DNA from: Camelus ferus
Lineage: Eukaryota
Direction of reading: 5' to 3'
DNA: 64,000 nt
Assembly: GCF_009834535.1 (NCBI RefSeq)
Contig: NC_045707.1
Location: 49,168,001 to 49,232,000 of the forward strand
The stretch's first letter is position 1. Each line of letters starts with the position of its first letter. Below the pieces are notes generated by a model, which saw only the letters and a list, made by a program, of their open reading frames with translations, did no database searches and was not told the DNA's origin. Below, in pieces: positions 1-13,809 of this stretch. A program made the position numbers and the translations under genes.

Positions 1-1243
1 ACGCCCTTCTGTGTGCTCTGTGTAGATCAATTTATTCAATTTGTTTAATTAAACAAAAATTCCAAAAATAGACTCTCCAATCTATTCTAAGTTTAAGATA
101 ATCAGTGCAATGCCTTTAGAGGGAAGAAAGGAGATACAGCTAGTAGAGGATCTGGTGTAGTAAATAGAAAATGGTAGCGAGCTATGGACTGAGATATGGC
201 AAATCCTTGAGAGAAAACATGATTACACAGATTTTCTGATAGCTTTCCTTGACAAACAAAAATATGTTTGTAAATAAAGTGAGTTTGTTTTACAACTGCT
301 ACAGTCTGGCGATTATGTACCATATTTTACTATCTTCACTTTATAATATAGAACTGGCACATAAGAGGGACTCGTAAAAACCAACAGAATGAAAAACATG
401 ACTGACTGACAATAGGATCAGCCCTGATCTCTAGTGGCCCCAACTTTCTTGGTTCTGCCCATGGACACTTCAGTTAGTTGACACACAGGTAGGTGCTACA
501 GAAGGATGAAGGAAGCCTATGAGGGATGACTTTTAAGTATTCAGTGCCAGACAGGTATAAGTTTAGGAACTTGGATATACAAGCTACAAATCTTGAAGTT
601 TTCAATAAGAGTTTGACTTTAAAAATATTCATTTCCAGCCTTGAAAATAATATAATATAGGATTTCTAGCTATGAAATAATTAGTATTAGTTAAGATATC
701 TTCTATTTTTATTATCTTTATTGATTAATTTTTAATTTTTAAGATAATTCTAGTAAAGTTATGATATTATTCACATTTCATATATTGTATCCTCAAAAGT
801 CAGCATTTTAGAAGAGTCAATTAAGTGTTGACTCTTTACTCAGGTCCTCTGTATCCAACTTATTTACTCTGAAGATTTTGTAGAGTCAATAAAACAAATA
901 GAAAACTGTAACTAAAATAACTATTTTTAAAATATTAAATTCTAACTGGATATTGTTGCCTGAAGGAGATTCTGAGCTGATATCTGCTCATATTATTGTA
1001 ATAGACAATTAGCAATTATTAAAGATGTATTAACTACATATTCTAAAACTTAAAAAAAATACAAGGACTATTATAAGTGCAACAAAAGAATTAAGAGAAT
1101 AGAAAATTGAATATTCCTCACTATGTGAGTCAGTGTTATTTAATGCCATGTCTTTTATTACTTGGCAGTTTTAGATACAACCAGTGTGCATCCCACCTTT
1201 TGAAAACATGAGAGCTGGGTGAAAACCCTGATCTGATCTCGCA

Positions 1244-2035
1244 TGACTAAATTAGGTTCCTGGACCCAATTCCAGTGTTTGTGTGTGTGTGCATGTGTGT
1301 AGGCCTCCCCATATCAACACGTAATTCTTGGACACAAACTGGGCAGCCTACAACTCAAGTCCATTCTGATACGATTCCATACTTCAAGGATTCAGTCCTC
1401 AAACCCCACCCCCCGGCCACTTCAGATGCCAGTCACAAGCCCAGACTGTTACCTGTACTTCTGACCCACTGGCTATGAAACATGTTCCCAAGCCCCATTC
1501 CTCAGATGTGAATAATTCGGGAGATTGGCTACCAGAACTCAGAGAAACATTTTACTTACTAGATCAGCAGTTTATTATAAAAATGTATTACTCAGAAACA
1601 GTCAGCTGGAAGAGATGCGTAGGGCAAGGTATGGGGAAAGGGCATGGATTTTCCGTGCCTTCTCCGGGAGCCACTCTCCCAGTGCCTCTACGTGTTCACC
1701 AACCCAGAAACTCTCCAAACCCTGTCCTCTTGAGCTATTATGAAGGCTTCTTTATTCAGTCAGGGTTGATTAAATCATAGGCATTGGCAATTGATTCAAC
1801 ATCCAGGCCCTCTCCCTTCCCTAGGTGTCTGGAGTTGGGACTAAAAGTTGGTTCTCCTGGCAACCAGCCCCCAACTATGGGGGCTTTCCAAAAGTCATCT
1901 CACTAAGATAAAGTGCTACAGAAGGATACCTTTATCACTCTCAACACTTAGGAAATTCCAAAGGGTTTGGGAGCTGTGAGCCAGGAAATGTGGATGAAGA
2001 CCAAATATATATTTCTAATAAATCATGATATGGCA
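1244..2035 (-). mobile_element. Solo LTR, MER21-like
   Basis: Reverse complement of the right end reads TG...GAAATATATATTTGGTCTTCATCCACATTTCCTGGCTCACAGCTCCCAAACCCTTTGGAATTTCC, matching the MER21 5' end as I recall it. Internal CCACTTCAGATGCCAGTCACAAGCCCAG...TTACCTGTACTTCTGACC is also MER21-like. Left boundary approximate. Confidence 0.8.
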
Positions 2036-2299
2036 ATGCCACTTATTCTTTTGTAGTTTTATTATTTTGGCTCTTATTTTCCCTTTTCTGAGAAAGGAAT
2101 ATCACTGCTGAGAAACACAGTAAGAGTATGGTATTATCCAAGTATGTGAGGGGCTGTTTTCCTAATTTCTTTCTAAGGAGAGTCCCTACACACAACCAGA
2201 AACAAACAGGTTTAAGTAACTGTGTTATCTTCTTACTTATGATATTTGTTTTCATTTTTCTCTATTTTTCAGATTTTCCAACTCAACAGAATAAACCAC

Positions 2300-2430
2300 A
2301 CATGCTCTACTCTCAAGGCGATTGTGAGATGTGAGAGGTACTAGAGGCGAAAGCACTTTGCAATCTGTGAGGAGTTAAAAAAATGTTGCTCATCATTATG
2401 ATAAAGATGATCATAATGATGATGTTGATA
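2300..2430 (+). mobile_element. MIR SINE fragment
   Basis: CTCTCAAGGCGATTGTGAGATG...AAAGCACTTTGCAATCTGT resembles the MIR 3' half, followed by an (ATG/ATA)-rich tail. Confidence 0.55.
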
Positions 2431-5400
2431 ATTGCTCTAATTGATTTTCTTTCTGTTTTATCTCGCACAGACTCATATGCAATTAAAGTTCTTATTAAAT
2501 CATCATGGATGTTGATCAGTTGCTTATAGCAATGTACTAAATCAGTGGAATTCTGATGACTTTCACTTAAGTTATATGGACATTGGTAATCTCCAAATTT
2601 GCATTTGAACATTTTTTTTGTTACATCTAGACAATTTATTTTAAAGAAAACACCATTTTATTAGATCTCAAGACAGAGCGTGACTCATTTTAACTCTGAA
2701 ACATTTTTTTTTAATCCCTGAGTGTTTGTGGCTAATTGGAAGTTTGGAGGGCCTCTGTTAAAAATTTTTATTTATATAAATGAAAAAGCTAACATTTGTA
2801 GTAATGCTAATTTCTATTTTAATATTTGTCCTCAGAAGCTCAGGTACTAATTTTTAATGTATTTCTCATACTTCAAGAGACTTTTCTAAGCTACCAAAGT
2901 CTTTTCTCAAGATAAAAAAGTAACAACTTTCCCTTTATCCATTTCATAGATTTTTTCCAGTCTTCCTTCTAAACAACCATAATTCCTTTTGGGAACCTAA
3001 CTGAAATAAGAACTATTCTACAACGATGCAGTGATATCATTGCGACAATCCACTTTCATCACCTCCAGTGTCATCTTACTTGATATAAGGAAACACGAAA
3101 AGGAAACCTATTATGTATATTTCACAGTGAAATAATTTATTTCTAAATTTAAAAATACTAAGAAAATTATTATTAAAGCTCATATTTAAAATGTATGAAT
3201 TTACATTAGGTAACAAATGTCTATTAAGGGAAATGAAGTAGAGTCAAAGTAGTAAAACAGTGTCAAAGTTACATTACTCAACTCACAATTAGCTCCAAAA
3301 AGTTAGCAGAATTTTTTAAACCTAAATTAAAAAGCTGCATGACTTCAGCTCACATATAATAGTTACTGCCTAAAAGTTTTTAAAAAGTTAATAGAACTTT
3401 TTAATACTTAGCAATCCTATAATTCATTTTTAAATATATATTTTAAAATCTTCATTGAAATATTTTCATACACAAAAATAACATACAACAGACAAATATG
3501 CTAATGTATTTTCATACTTGCATCTCATCTTTAAAACCTAAATACAGCTAACAACAAATCCTTGCCCACCATCCCATTCTTTGCCTTTTCGAAAGCAACC
3601 ATAGCCTGATATCAGCAAGTACTCTTTCTGTGCACATTTTTATACTGTTACCACAAAATGTCTACACCATTCACAATCATGTTGTGTTGTATGTCCTTTA
3701 AAATTTTATGAGTGATGTAATACTGTGCACAGCACTTTATTTTCTCAGTTCTCCAAAGTTACAAAGTCACAATAAAGTAGGTGCTGTGTTTAGCAAGCTC
3801 TGTTCATAGAGTATGTTTAGTCGGAGTTCTCATTTTTGTCACCTTTTCATCAAAAATATATTTGAGAACATGAAACAATAAAGGGTAATATAAACATTCA
3901 CCATTTGCGGTGCTTACCTGTAGCCAAAAGTGTAGCCTTAGTAATCTACTAAGCAATGACTCATTCCTTGGCTCCGTTGCCTCCTAAGCAATGTGAAAGT
4001 GACAGAGAAATGCATTAGTGTGAGAAATTATTAGAATCTCATGGAATACACGTAATTAAGCCAAAGACTTAGCACCATTAAATTCATTTATTTATTCTCT
4101 GAACTGGTAATATGAAGGTTTGGGGAGATGTGAGTTTGACACACACTCCATTTAATTTCATTATATAACTTAAAAAAAAAAGAAAAGAAAACAAGGAAGC
4201 GAGGTTACCAATTACAAATTGATGCAAGTGTTCTTTGGAAGTTAATTATTTGGAATTCGATAGATATGTTTCCATAGACACAATGTGGTTGTTATCCATT
4301 CAGTATAGGGAAGTCTATTAAATCCATATCATGAGTCCAAAGTTTAGAACTCTTTTCAGAGTACGGAAGTGCTGTCAGGAAATCAGTGCCATATGATATC
4401 CAATTTGAGTTTCTTGTCACACTTAAACACCCCTGCAGCAATGGGTCAAGAGATTCTGTCCACAGCCTCTCTCTCTGCCAAGCACCAGGAGTATGATATC
4501 TCTACATACAAATTCTGGTCATAATTGACAACACCTGGGGCCAAAGATCCAGCAGGTAACTTAAGAGTCAGCAGCTGGGGTAGTAAACTGTTTGCTGAAA
4601 GAAGACCTGATAAAAACATCAAGGAAGACAACAGGACAAAAGCCCTAAGGAATTATAGGTCTCATGACCCCTGATACCATGTGCTTCCATCTTGAAATAG
4701 TTTACCAGTCACCTCCTTTCTCTTATTTCATTTGCTTTAGGCATTGGCCCAATGTTCCCTATTTCATTCTTTCACTCTTCCTTCTGACAGGTGTTTCTCA
4801 TTCTCTCTTCCATTGGAGGAAAGAAATCAGTCTGATTATACAGTTCATTTTCATAATCCAATTTGTGGGCCATTTGGCCAAGCCTCCATGACTACAAGAC
4901 CTCAAACTTTGAAATTTTACTTTTGCCACCAAATAAGTTTATGCATACAGTCATAAGGCTACAGAGAAATGATTAAAAATGCTAGTCATACACCTTTATC
5001 TGTTAAATTTAAGCATTTAAAATACATCATCATATTTATATGTTGTCTTGTACTTCCTTGGTTTTTAATATAATTCTATCTCAAAAGTATGCCTGAAGAC
5101 TGATTCCTTCTTAACTCTGAGAAGGCAAGCCCACACTCCACCATTCCTACGGACAAAAAGAACCGTTCATTTCAAATTTTTTTTTTTAGTAATAATGCTA
5201 ATCCTCTTCTTATTCAGTTTTTTGAAAGGCAAATTCCTGGCATGAATGCAATTGCTTCTCCTTCTGCGACTTGGAAAGACATCCCTAATTAATGAGGATG
5301 CTCTTTCTTTCTGAGACTACAAATTGGTCTCAAACCTTGCTAAACATAGAATTCCAAGGAATCTCTAATGATTTATCAGTTAGCAAGTGAGGTAAACTAT

Positions 5401-5681
5401 ACTTACGACCTCCAACTTATATCCTTTAGGAAAAATCAAATCATAGAAATTTGCTAAAATGAGTTTTTGAGTATACCAAGGACTGAAGATTTAATTATCT
5501 CTAACAAGAAGAAGGAAAATAGAGACTGTCTCTGTAAGGCATCAAATAAGCTGAATAGGAAGAAATGTAGGGTACAGAACAATGCTGGAGACATATGAGT
5601 GAATTGAGAAAAATAGTATAGGGCATTGAAGTTGCTACCCTGAGATCTTGAAGGTAAAGAATGGAGGTGATGTTTTTAAAG

Positions 5682-7636
5682 TTTACTTTTTTTATTTAAG
5701 TATAGTCAGTTTACAATGTTGTGTCAATTTCTGGTGTACAGCATAAATTTGTCATATATACATATACTCATTTTCATATTATTCTTTATTATAGGTTACT
5801 ACAAGATATTGAATATAGTTCCTGTGCTATACAGAGGAAACTTGTTGTATATCTATTTTATATATAGTAGTTAGTATCTGCAAATCTTGAACTCCCGAAT
5901 TTATACCTTCCCACCCCTTTCCCTCAGTAACCATGATTGTTTACTAGGTCTGTGAGTCTGTTTTATAGATGAGTTCATTAGTGTCCTCTTTTTTCTTTCT
6001 TTAGGTTCCATGTATAAGTGATATCATGTGGTGTTTTTCTTTCTCCTTCTGGCTTACTACAGTTAAAATGATGTTCTCCAGATCCATCCATGTTGCTGCA
6101 AGTGGCATTATTTTATTCTTTTTTATGTCTGAGTAGTATTCCATTGTATAAATATACCACAACTTCTTTATCCAGTCATCTGTCAATGGACAATTAGATT
6201 GCTTTCATATCTTGGCTATTGTATGTGGTGCTACTATGAACATCGGGGTGCATGTATCTTTTCAAATTAGAATTCCCTCCAGATATATGCCCAAGAGTGG
6301 GATTGCTGGATCATATTGTGAGTCTATTTTTAGTCTTTGAGGAATCTCCATAATGTTTTCCACAATAGCTGCACCAAACTAGATTCCCACCAACAGTGTA
6401 GGAGGGCTCCCTTTTCTCCACACTCTCTCCAGCATTTGTCCTTTGTGGACTTTTGCATGATGGCCATTCTGACTGGCATGAGGTGATACCTTATTGTAGT
6501 TTTGATTTGCATTTCTCTGATAGTTAGCGATACTGAGCATTTTTTCATGTGCCTATTGGCAATTTTTGTATCTTCATTGAAGAATTGATTGTTTGGGTCT
6601 TCTGCCCATTTTTGGATTGAGTTGTTTGTTTTTTGTTATTGTTGTTATTAAGCTGTATATATTCTGGAAATTAAGCCCTTGTCAATCTTACCGTTTGCAA
6701 ATATTTTCTCCTATTCCATAGGTTGTCTTTTTGTTTTTCTTTTAGTTTCCTTCGCTGTGCAAAAGCTTGTAAGTTTAATTAGGTCCCATTTAATTTTTAA
6801 TTAATTAATTTTACAAATTTTTTGCCCTTATTTCTGTTGCCTAGGTAGACTTCCCTAGGAGAACACTGATAATATTTATTTCAGAAAATGCTTTGCCTAT
6901 GTTTTCTTCTAGGAGGTTTATAGTGTCTTGTCTTATGTTTATGTCTTTAAGCCATTTTGAGTTTATTTTTGTGTATGGTACTGAGGCAGTGTTCTAACAG
7001 CATTGATTTACATGCAGCTGTCCATTTTACCCAACACCACTTGCTGAAGAGACTGTCTTTTTGTCATTGTATATTCTTGTTCCTTTGTAGAAGATTAATT
7101 GACCAAAAGTCTGTGGGTTTATTTCTGGGACCTTTGTTCTGTTCCTTTGACCCATATGTGTGTTTTTGTTTCAATACCATGCTGTTTTGATTACTGTAAC
7201 TCTGTAATATTGTCTGAAGTCTGGGAGGGTTATTCCTCCAGCTTCATTTTATCCCCCTCAGTATTGCTTTGGCAGTTCTGGGTCTTTTATGATTCCATAT
7301 AAATTTTAGGATTATTTGTTCTAGTTCTATGAAAAATGTCCCTAGTAATTTGATAGGGATCACAGTAAATACGTAGATTGCTTTGGGTATTATGGCCTTT
7401 TTAATAATATTAATTCTTCCAATCCAAGAGCATGGGATATCTTTCCATTTCTTTCAATCATCTTTAATTTCCTTAATCAATGTTTTGTACTTCTCCACAT
7501 AAAATTCTTTCACCTTCTTGGTCAGATTTATTATTTAATTTTTTTTTTTTTTGGATGTGATTGTAAAAGGGATTGTTTCTTTACTTTCTTTTTCTGATAT
7601 TTCATTGTTAGTGTAAAGAAATGCAACTGATTTCTT
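5682..7636 (-). mobile_element. 5'-truncated L1 (3' part of ORF2 plus 3'UTR), relatively young camelid-type
   Basis: Minus-strand ORFs 6330-6548 ([13 protein letters not shown]...[18 protein letters not shown], the ORF2 C-terminal Cys-rich domain) and 6001-6186 (WIKKLWYIYTMEYYS...ATWMDLE). T-rich tail at ~5682. The 3'UTR is homologous to the copies at 41 kb and 44 kb. Frame is broken by stops and frameshifts. Confidence 0.95.
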
Positions 7637-8254
7637 AAAAATAAGTGTATTTTTATTCCCCCCCATACTCTCTCTTGCACACCATTCCTGTTCTTCCCAA
7701 AGTAACATCCTTCTGGACCAGCCCTGTGTAATATTAGAATAGTAGAGTTGATTTGAAGGTAGGGGATACTTAGAAGTAGTAGGCAGAGGGAAAGGGAAAG
7801 AAAATCCCAAAGAGCAATGATGAAGTGAGTGTAATCACTCTGGTCCTAGGAACAACTTCTCATAAATAGTTGTTCATAGATACATGACACATAGATGATG
7901 ATGAATCCCAGTAGTGCTTTGGAACCCAAACAAGGAAAGTATCCTTTATTAATTTTAATAAATGTCCTAAATATTATCCACTATGGTTTTTTTTCTCTTT
8001 CTAAGAGTTGAAGGAGAGATGCACTGGGATCATGTAGATGGTTCCTTGTGTCAGGTGCTCTTCTTTAAAGAACAGTACTATCCCCTAACACAGGATTATC
8101 ACTGTTGCTGCAGGAATGTGCAAAGTCTTCATCATATCCTATGAGTATTGGAATTCCAAGGAGTTTCCACAATTGATAAATTAGGACATACCACAATAGA
8201 TAGAGAAAGAAATCTTTGAAATATTACTGTTATGTAAAAAGAAAATAAAAATAA

Positions 8255-8641
8255 TTGAACAATCATAGGATACTAACTGCTGTAATAGGTAAACCCTGAA
8301 TCACAGATGCTTAACACAAATAAAGTTTATTGGTGGGTGGTCCTCCACATGAACATTCAAGAATCCTGGTTGGTTCATCTTGGGGAATTCTCATGCTCAA
8401 CATCTGGATTCCAAGGTCACGCCATAGGTTATCTCATTTAGTCTGCCAGAAGGGAAGAAATCCATACAGGTTCACTGTGGAGATCTTTATGGTCTAACTG
8501 GAAGTGGTTCACATTCCTTCTGCTGCATTGTATTGGCTTAGTCTTAGTCACATGAACACAACTAACCACAAGATGTACTGAGAAATCCAAGGTAGTTGTG
8601 CGGCCAGAATTAAGAGAAAATAGATTTTGGTCTCTTCCACA
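8255..8641 (-). mobile_element. MaLR LTR (MLT1-type)
   Basis: GCTGTAAT...GCTTAACACAAATAAAGTTTATT, TATTGGCTTAGTCTTAGTCACATG and terminal CTTCCACA are typical of reverse-oriented old MLT1. Confidence 0.7.
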
Positions 8642-8649
8642 GCCTGCTG

Positions 8650-8830
8650 TAGACCTACTGTGTGCTACGAACTATGCTAGACAGACTGTGTGTTTCTTGT
8701 GTAGTCCTCACAAATTAAAAGGGATATTATCTCCATTTTGTAGATGTAGAAGTTCAAGATTATTTGGACTTCATCAGGACTATTCAGCTAAAAATATCAG
8801 AGCTGAAATTTGAGGCTGATTTTAATATTC
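8650..8830 (-). mobile_element. MIR fragment
   Basis: ATTATCTCCATTTTGTAGATG...CAGCTA...CAGAGCTGAAATTTGA resembles the reverse MIR core. Confidence 0.6.
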
Positions 8831-8884
8831 AGTCAATGGACTCCAAAGGTCAGTCCATGGACAGAGGCAACAAAATTATGTAGA

Positions 8885-9026
8885 GAGCAGGTTTAAATAT
8901 AACTTGATTGAAATAATCCCTGGAGATTTTTATTCAGTAGCTTTGGGTTAAAGCCCAGTAAAAAATATTTTTAAAAGCTCCCTAGGTAGTTCCAGATACG
9001 GCCAGAATTGGGACCAGCTGCTCTAA
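8885..9026. mobile_element. MER5-like hAT-Charlie MITE
   Basis: GGAGATTTTTATTCAGTAGCTTTGGG...TTTTTAAAAGCTCCCTAGGTAGTTCC...TTGGGACCAGCTGCTCTA resembles MER5A. Confidence 0.65.
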
Positions 9027-11094
9027 ATTTTCCTGAAATCAACCACTGAATGGACACTACAGGGGCATGAAAACTGGCAATAATCAATTGCTCTCATAAG
9101 GCATAATCAATAATGTCAGACCATTCTCTCTTTCTTTCAATCTCTCATTAAACATGAAGAGAACATTGAAGTATTCAGTAGCTTCTCAGGACAAACTGGT
9201 AACATGATGATGATGTTTAAATGGTGGCATTTGTCCATATGGGAGTGAACTGAAGGACAGAGTAATTTCAAGTGACATTATTCACTGAGCAGCCATGAAA
9301 TAGTAAGTTCAGTAACAACAACCAGATCATTACTCAGCTGGGTGGCATTTGAATTAGTATCCTAAAAAGCTCCTACTGCTTTGTTTCCAAAGCTGAGTCT
9401 CTCTCTTAAAATACTGTGAAAATTAGAATGACTGGAATGATAATGCTTAGACAAAATTTTCCTAATTTCTCCAAACTAAAAGTATACACTATACTTAGCC
9501 ATCTTACCCTAGATTGTGGCTTTTCTCCTAAAAATCCTGGAGAAATGCAGAAACTTTGCTAAAGGACATTTTCTGTTTTGAGCTCTTTGATATTGGTGTA
9601 ATCTCCCATCGTTAATCATCAGAGTATGTTTGAACTCTTAATCTAGCACTGTTCTGTGGCAATTTAAATAGCAAATAATTCTTAGGAAATTAGGACCAAT
9701 TCTGTTAGTCTTTCTGAGATTATTTTGCAGCTCTAGCAGTAAACGTAAAAGGTGCATCCTATAGCTGGAAGTTAGGGATTTTACTGATATATATTTACCT
9801 GTCCCTAAATTACCAAACACAAATATACTATTGGAGAGTACACAGACCTTGAGATTACCAGCTATTACTTACATTCAAATTTATTGAGCTATAAAATACC
9901 AGAATAGAGGTGATTTACATAGTTCCCTCCATTTAATTTCAAAAGAGTTCAGGAAACTTTGAGGCTTGTTAAAACTCTCACTCAGCACATGCACATATGT
10001 GTGTGCACATTTGGACAATACTTAATATAAGCCATTATTTGAAATTACAGATAGCTCAGTTAAAAAAATTGCAAAATCTGCAGTTCTCTTTGTCTCTTAA
10101 AAATTATTTCCATGTGTTGTAATTTAGTATGGTGTAATTTGTTTGGAAAATTAAAGTAATAAAACCTTAGTTTGTCGTGTATCTGAATGGTGGCAATGAT
10201 TGTCTCAGTGGGTGGCTGCAAATGTGGGAAGAAGTCATTGTCAAGATATGCAGACAGAATAAATACTATTTACTAAGGCTAATGTATAAGAACTAATAAC
10301 AGACATATTGTTGCATGAAAAAATTACCTCCCTAGGAGAATTTGAACAGTTAGCATCAGTGCAGTTAGCCTGCACATGTTTCCCTTGTAAGCCACTAAAA
10401 TAACCTTCTGGAGAAGAAAAGAAGCCAGAGCAGTCTTCTCTTTGTCATCTTTCTATGTTGCATTATCTGGGGTTATAAAGAGAGTATGAAGTTAGTAGTA
10501 ATTAATGATGATTATAATAGTTGGATTATTAATATTTTAGAAGCATGATAAATGATTATTGTAATCATGTGAAGCACCAGGAACACATGCAATTGTGATG
10601 ATGCTATTATTTTAGTAATTTAGAAAATTAATGCATAAGAAGAGATCAATGACGGATGATTTGGATTGAGTGTGTGAGTATGCATGTAAAAGGAAAATTA
10701 TTAAAGGGCAAAGCTAATCAACTGGACAAGAAACTTTCCAGTACTGTTTGTTCACAAACCTCCTTCTCCAGGGAGTTTTGAATTTTTTCCTATGTAAAAT
10801 CCCTAAAGAGAACAAGATTTAGAAAAATCCCTTGGATCTGTAAAATTCCAATTACCAAAGCACAGTAACTAGACCTTCTGCCAAGATCTAATGTACTAAG
10901 ATTTTAAAATATCAGCATGGATCAAAGATAAAGATGCATTGCTCTAAGTAGATCACATGTGATTTTTCTGTGACAAATTCTGTGACCAAAAAAACTGCAA
11001 ATGAGCTTGTCTTTGCTTTCTAAGAGTTTGGTCAAGACTGGTCATCTTGATCCTATTGAATGGTGAATATGTGAAAGCATCAGACTCCTCTACG

Positions 11095-11290
11095 AAGCAC
11101 TTTTATGTTGAATTTTTCAATTAATACCACAATAACCCTAAATTCGTTTTACTGAAGGAGGAAGAGAGACAAAGAGATGTTAAGTAACTTGTTGAAGAAG
11201 GCATAGTTTGCAAATAGCAAAGTTATTATCAAACCAGTCAGGCTGACTTCAGAATTCAAGCCCCAGGCCAGTTCTCCATATTACTGTGCA
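11095..11290 (-). mobile_element. MIR fragment
   Basis: CACAATAACCCT...GAGACAAAGAGATGTTAAGTAACTTG...CTGACTTCAGA. Confidence 0.65.
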
Positions 11291-12329
11291 TAGAACTTAA
11301 GAACTACACATGGTCAGGAAACCACAGCATGAAGTTTATAGTTTTCTGATCCTTGTTCTGCATAGGCCATACAAGGACAGTGACCCAGATTACAGAGCTG
11401 GATCAGAGGGAGGTATATCATGAAAATGCTATGAGAGTAAGAGCAAAAAAAATTACATTAGAAGATAATTAAGGATTAGTGGCATGGTACTTGTAACATA
11501 CACAAAATCTGAGAGGTTAAAAATGAAGACCCAAGATAGAAGCCAAGTGATAGAAAAACATAGGTATGCAAAAGCAAGATACAAGGTGAGGACAGGTGAG
11601 GGGTTTCAGAACGGTTTCAGTAGGGCTAGTGTGAACAAGGGTCATACTTATGAGATGTTCTCTTTACGTAGGTTAATCGTAATATGTAGTTAAAATAACA
11701 GGTAATTAACTAAATTGCTAAAAATTAGAATTTGTTACTTATTATTTATTTGTTTCCCATACTTATCCTTGATCTATACTTCAAAATATAACATATGCTT
11801 AATTAAAACCCATGATTCTATAATTGATAAATAATCATAGACAAGTAGTACTTGGCAGGAAATTCAGGTGTTATCAATGGACAACTCATACAAATCTGCA
11901 AAATTATAAATAAATCAGAAAATGAAATTATTTTTTACTTTTATATTTTATGTATATATTACCTCATGTACTTTTTTGTTATAGAAAAAACTGCATACTC
12001 TTCTTTAGATAACTTCTTTATCTTCTGCATCCTTGCTTATGATCCTTTCCTTACGTAAATGTTATCTTCCTTCCTCACAGCTTATCTTTGTCCCTGTTGT
12101 TTCCAGTTTCAGATCAAGTTAATGCTTTTCAGGAGAAATTTTCCTTGACCATCTCAAAGCAGACTGACAAGTCTTTTGCCTGAATTTAAAAAGTTAACAC
12201 TAACTTGCAACTCAGAAAATGTAGTTTTTGTATGATGTATCTCCTCAACTAAATTGCAAGCCTTTGAGGATTAGGAATGATCAGATCTCTTTCTGTATAT
12301 ATATTGACTAAGGTAAAATTCATTGAAGT

Positions 12330-12465
12330 ACTTTAATCAACTATCATTTACTGAATATTCACCATATACCAGTTTGTACATGCTTAGGTTAGAGGGAATA
12401 AAGAAGTAATCATTGAACAAATACATGGTCCTTCTCTCAAGCATCTCATCATTTGTTGGAGGGAA
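12330..12465 (-). mobile_element. L2 3' end fragment
   Basis: CATTTACTGAATATTCACCATATACCAG...ACATGGTCCTTCTCTCAAG. Confidence 0.6.
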
Positions 12466-12851
12466 TGTATCAGTTAGAATATGCTAGGTTTTGCTGCCAC
12501 AACACATGACTACCAAATCCTATCCTCTTACAAAGGAAAATAGTTTGTGTATCTCTCATAGTACATGTCCACTGACAGTCAGCTAAGCTCTGACTCGTGA
12601 TCTGCACTCCAGGATCCAAGCTGACAAAACAGACCACTGATCACGATGGCAGTGATGAAGGAAACATAGCACACACGTGCTGGCTCTAAAGCTTCTCCCC
12701 AAAATCACACACAAAACTCCCTCCTACATTTTTTGGCAAAAGCAAGTTATATTTTTACTGCTTAGCTCTACAAGGCTGGGATATATCATTCTCGGGGAGG
12801 GTGGTAACTCGGAGAGAGAATGCCTAATGAATTGTAATACAAGTTACCTCA
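12466..12851 (-). mobile_element. MaLR LTR (MLT1-type) inserted in L2
   Basis: Starts TGTATCAGTTAGAATATGCTAGGTTTTGCTGC and ends ...TACCTCA. Flanks GGGAA/GGGTG are a possible degenerate 5-bp TSD. Confidence 0.7.
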
Positions 12852-13784
12852 GGGTGAAAGACAAAAAGTTAAGGATAATTGCTGTCAGAGAGGTATACAC
12901 CCTGTTCTCAGGAAGCTACCCACAGTGGAGATTGTCAAATCACCTGCTATTAGCAACTGAAAGGATATTAAGTCATTTAACTCAAGGCCTATTCAAGGCA
13001 ATCAATACATGATTGTTGGTGGAGATTAAAATAAGTGTAAAAGGCAATAAATATGCAGTAATACCATGGGGTCATTTCATCCAGAGAAGATAAATTTTTA
13101 TGAATGTGAGAAATAATGTGTGAAAGAATAATCTATTCTTGAAGATTGTTTCAGAATTCTACACACGTATTGTGTAGATTGTGTGCTGTGAACTTTTTTT
13201 TACCACATGACATCTTGTTGGACCAATGTTAACATCTGAAATTTCTTTACAAAAGCACTGATGATAATTTAATCATCCTTCCAACACATAAAAACTCATG
13301 CAACTGAATTTTAAGGGACTGATTAGAACATTTCTTAAGCTAAAATTCATCTGTCCACTCTTGCAAAGCACATAGTAAAATCTGAGAATCCATTTTCACC
13401 AGTTTTATATTTATATAAATTTTACTGTCATCCTTTTTGTATAAAAAAACAAGCTCTGCTCTTTGTATAATATATTAATATTCTGAAATCTGTTTATATG
13501 AATTTAGTGGTTATTTTCTACTCATTTGCTAGTAGTTTGTCCATGTAATATTATACTACAAGTTTCAGTGAGTGGAGTAAAGATATTTCTTTTTCATAAT
13601 ATTTATTTTTTATGTAGAAAAATTCATTCGAGTAGAATACAAGCTCTATGTGGTAATAAAAATCATAATGATGTAAATTTCAGTTAGATTTTCCTATAGA
13701 ACTAATGCAATTAAATCTAAAAATTATGACCCTTCAGTCCTAAAAGTAATGGAATGTGGATGGAAAGTGCAGTCTGGTAGATAA

Positions 13785-13809
13785 TGTTTGTTTGTTTGTT
13801 TGTTTGTTT
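13785..13809. repeat. (TGTT)n microsatellite
   Basis: About six perfect TGTT units. Confidence 0.95.

Noticed and set aside
812..836. AAGAGTCAA/TTGACTCTT hairpin
   Set aside because: A 9-bp stem is expected by chance in 64 kb of AT-rich DNA.
2273..2337. Plus-strand exon after the strong acceptor ttctctatttttcag
   Set aside because: The body runs into a MIR and the donor is weak.
6001..6548. ORFs as host CDS (also 29366-29902 and 49599-49787)
   Set aside because: They are broken L1 ORF2 fragments.
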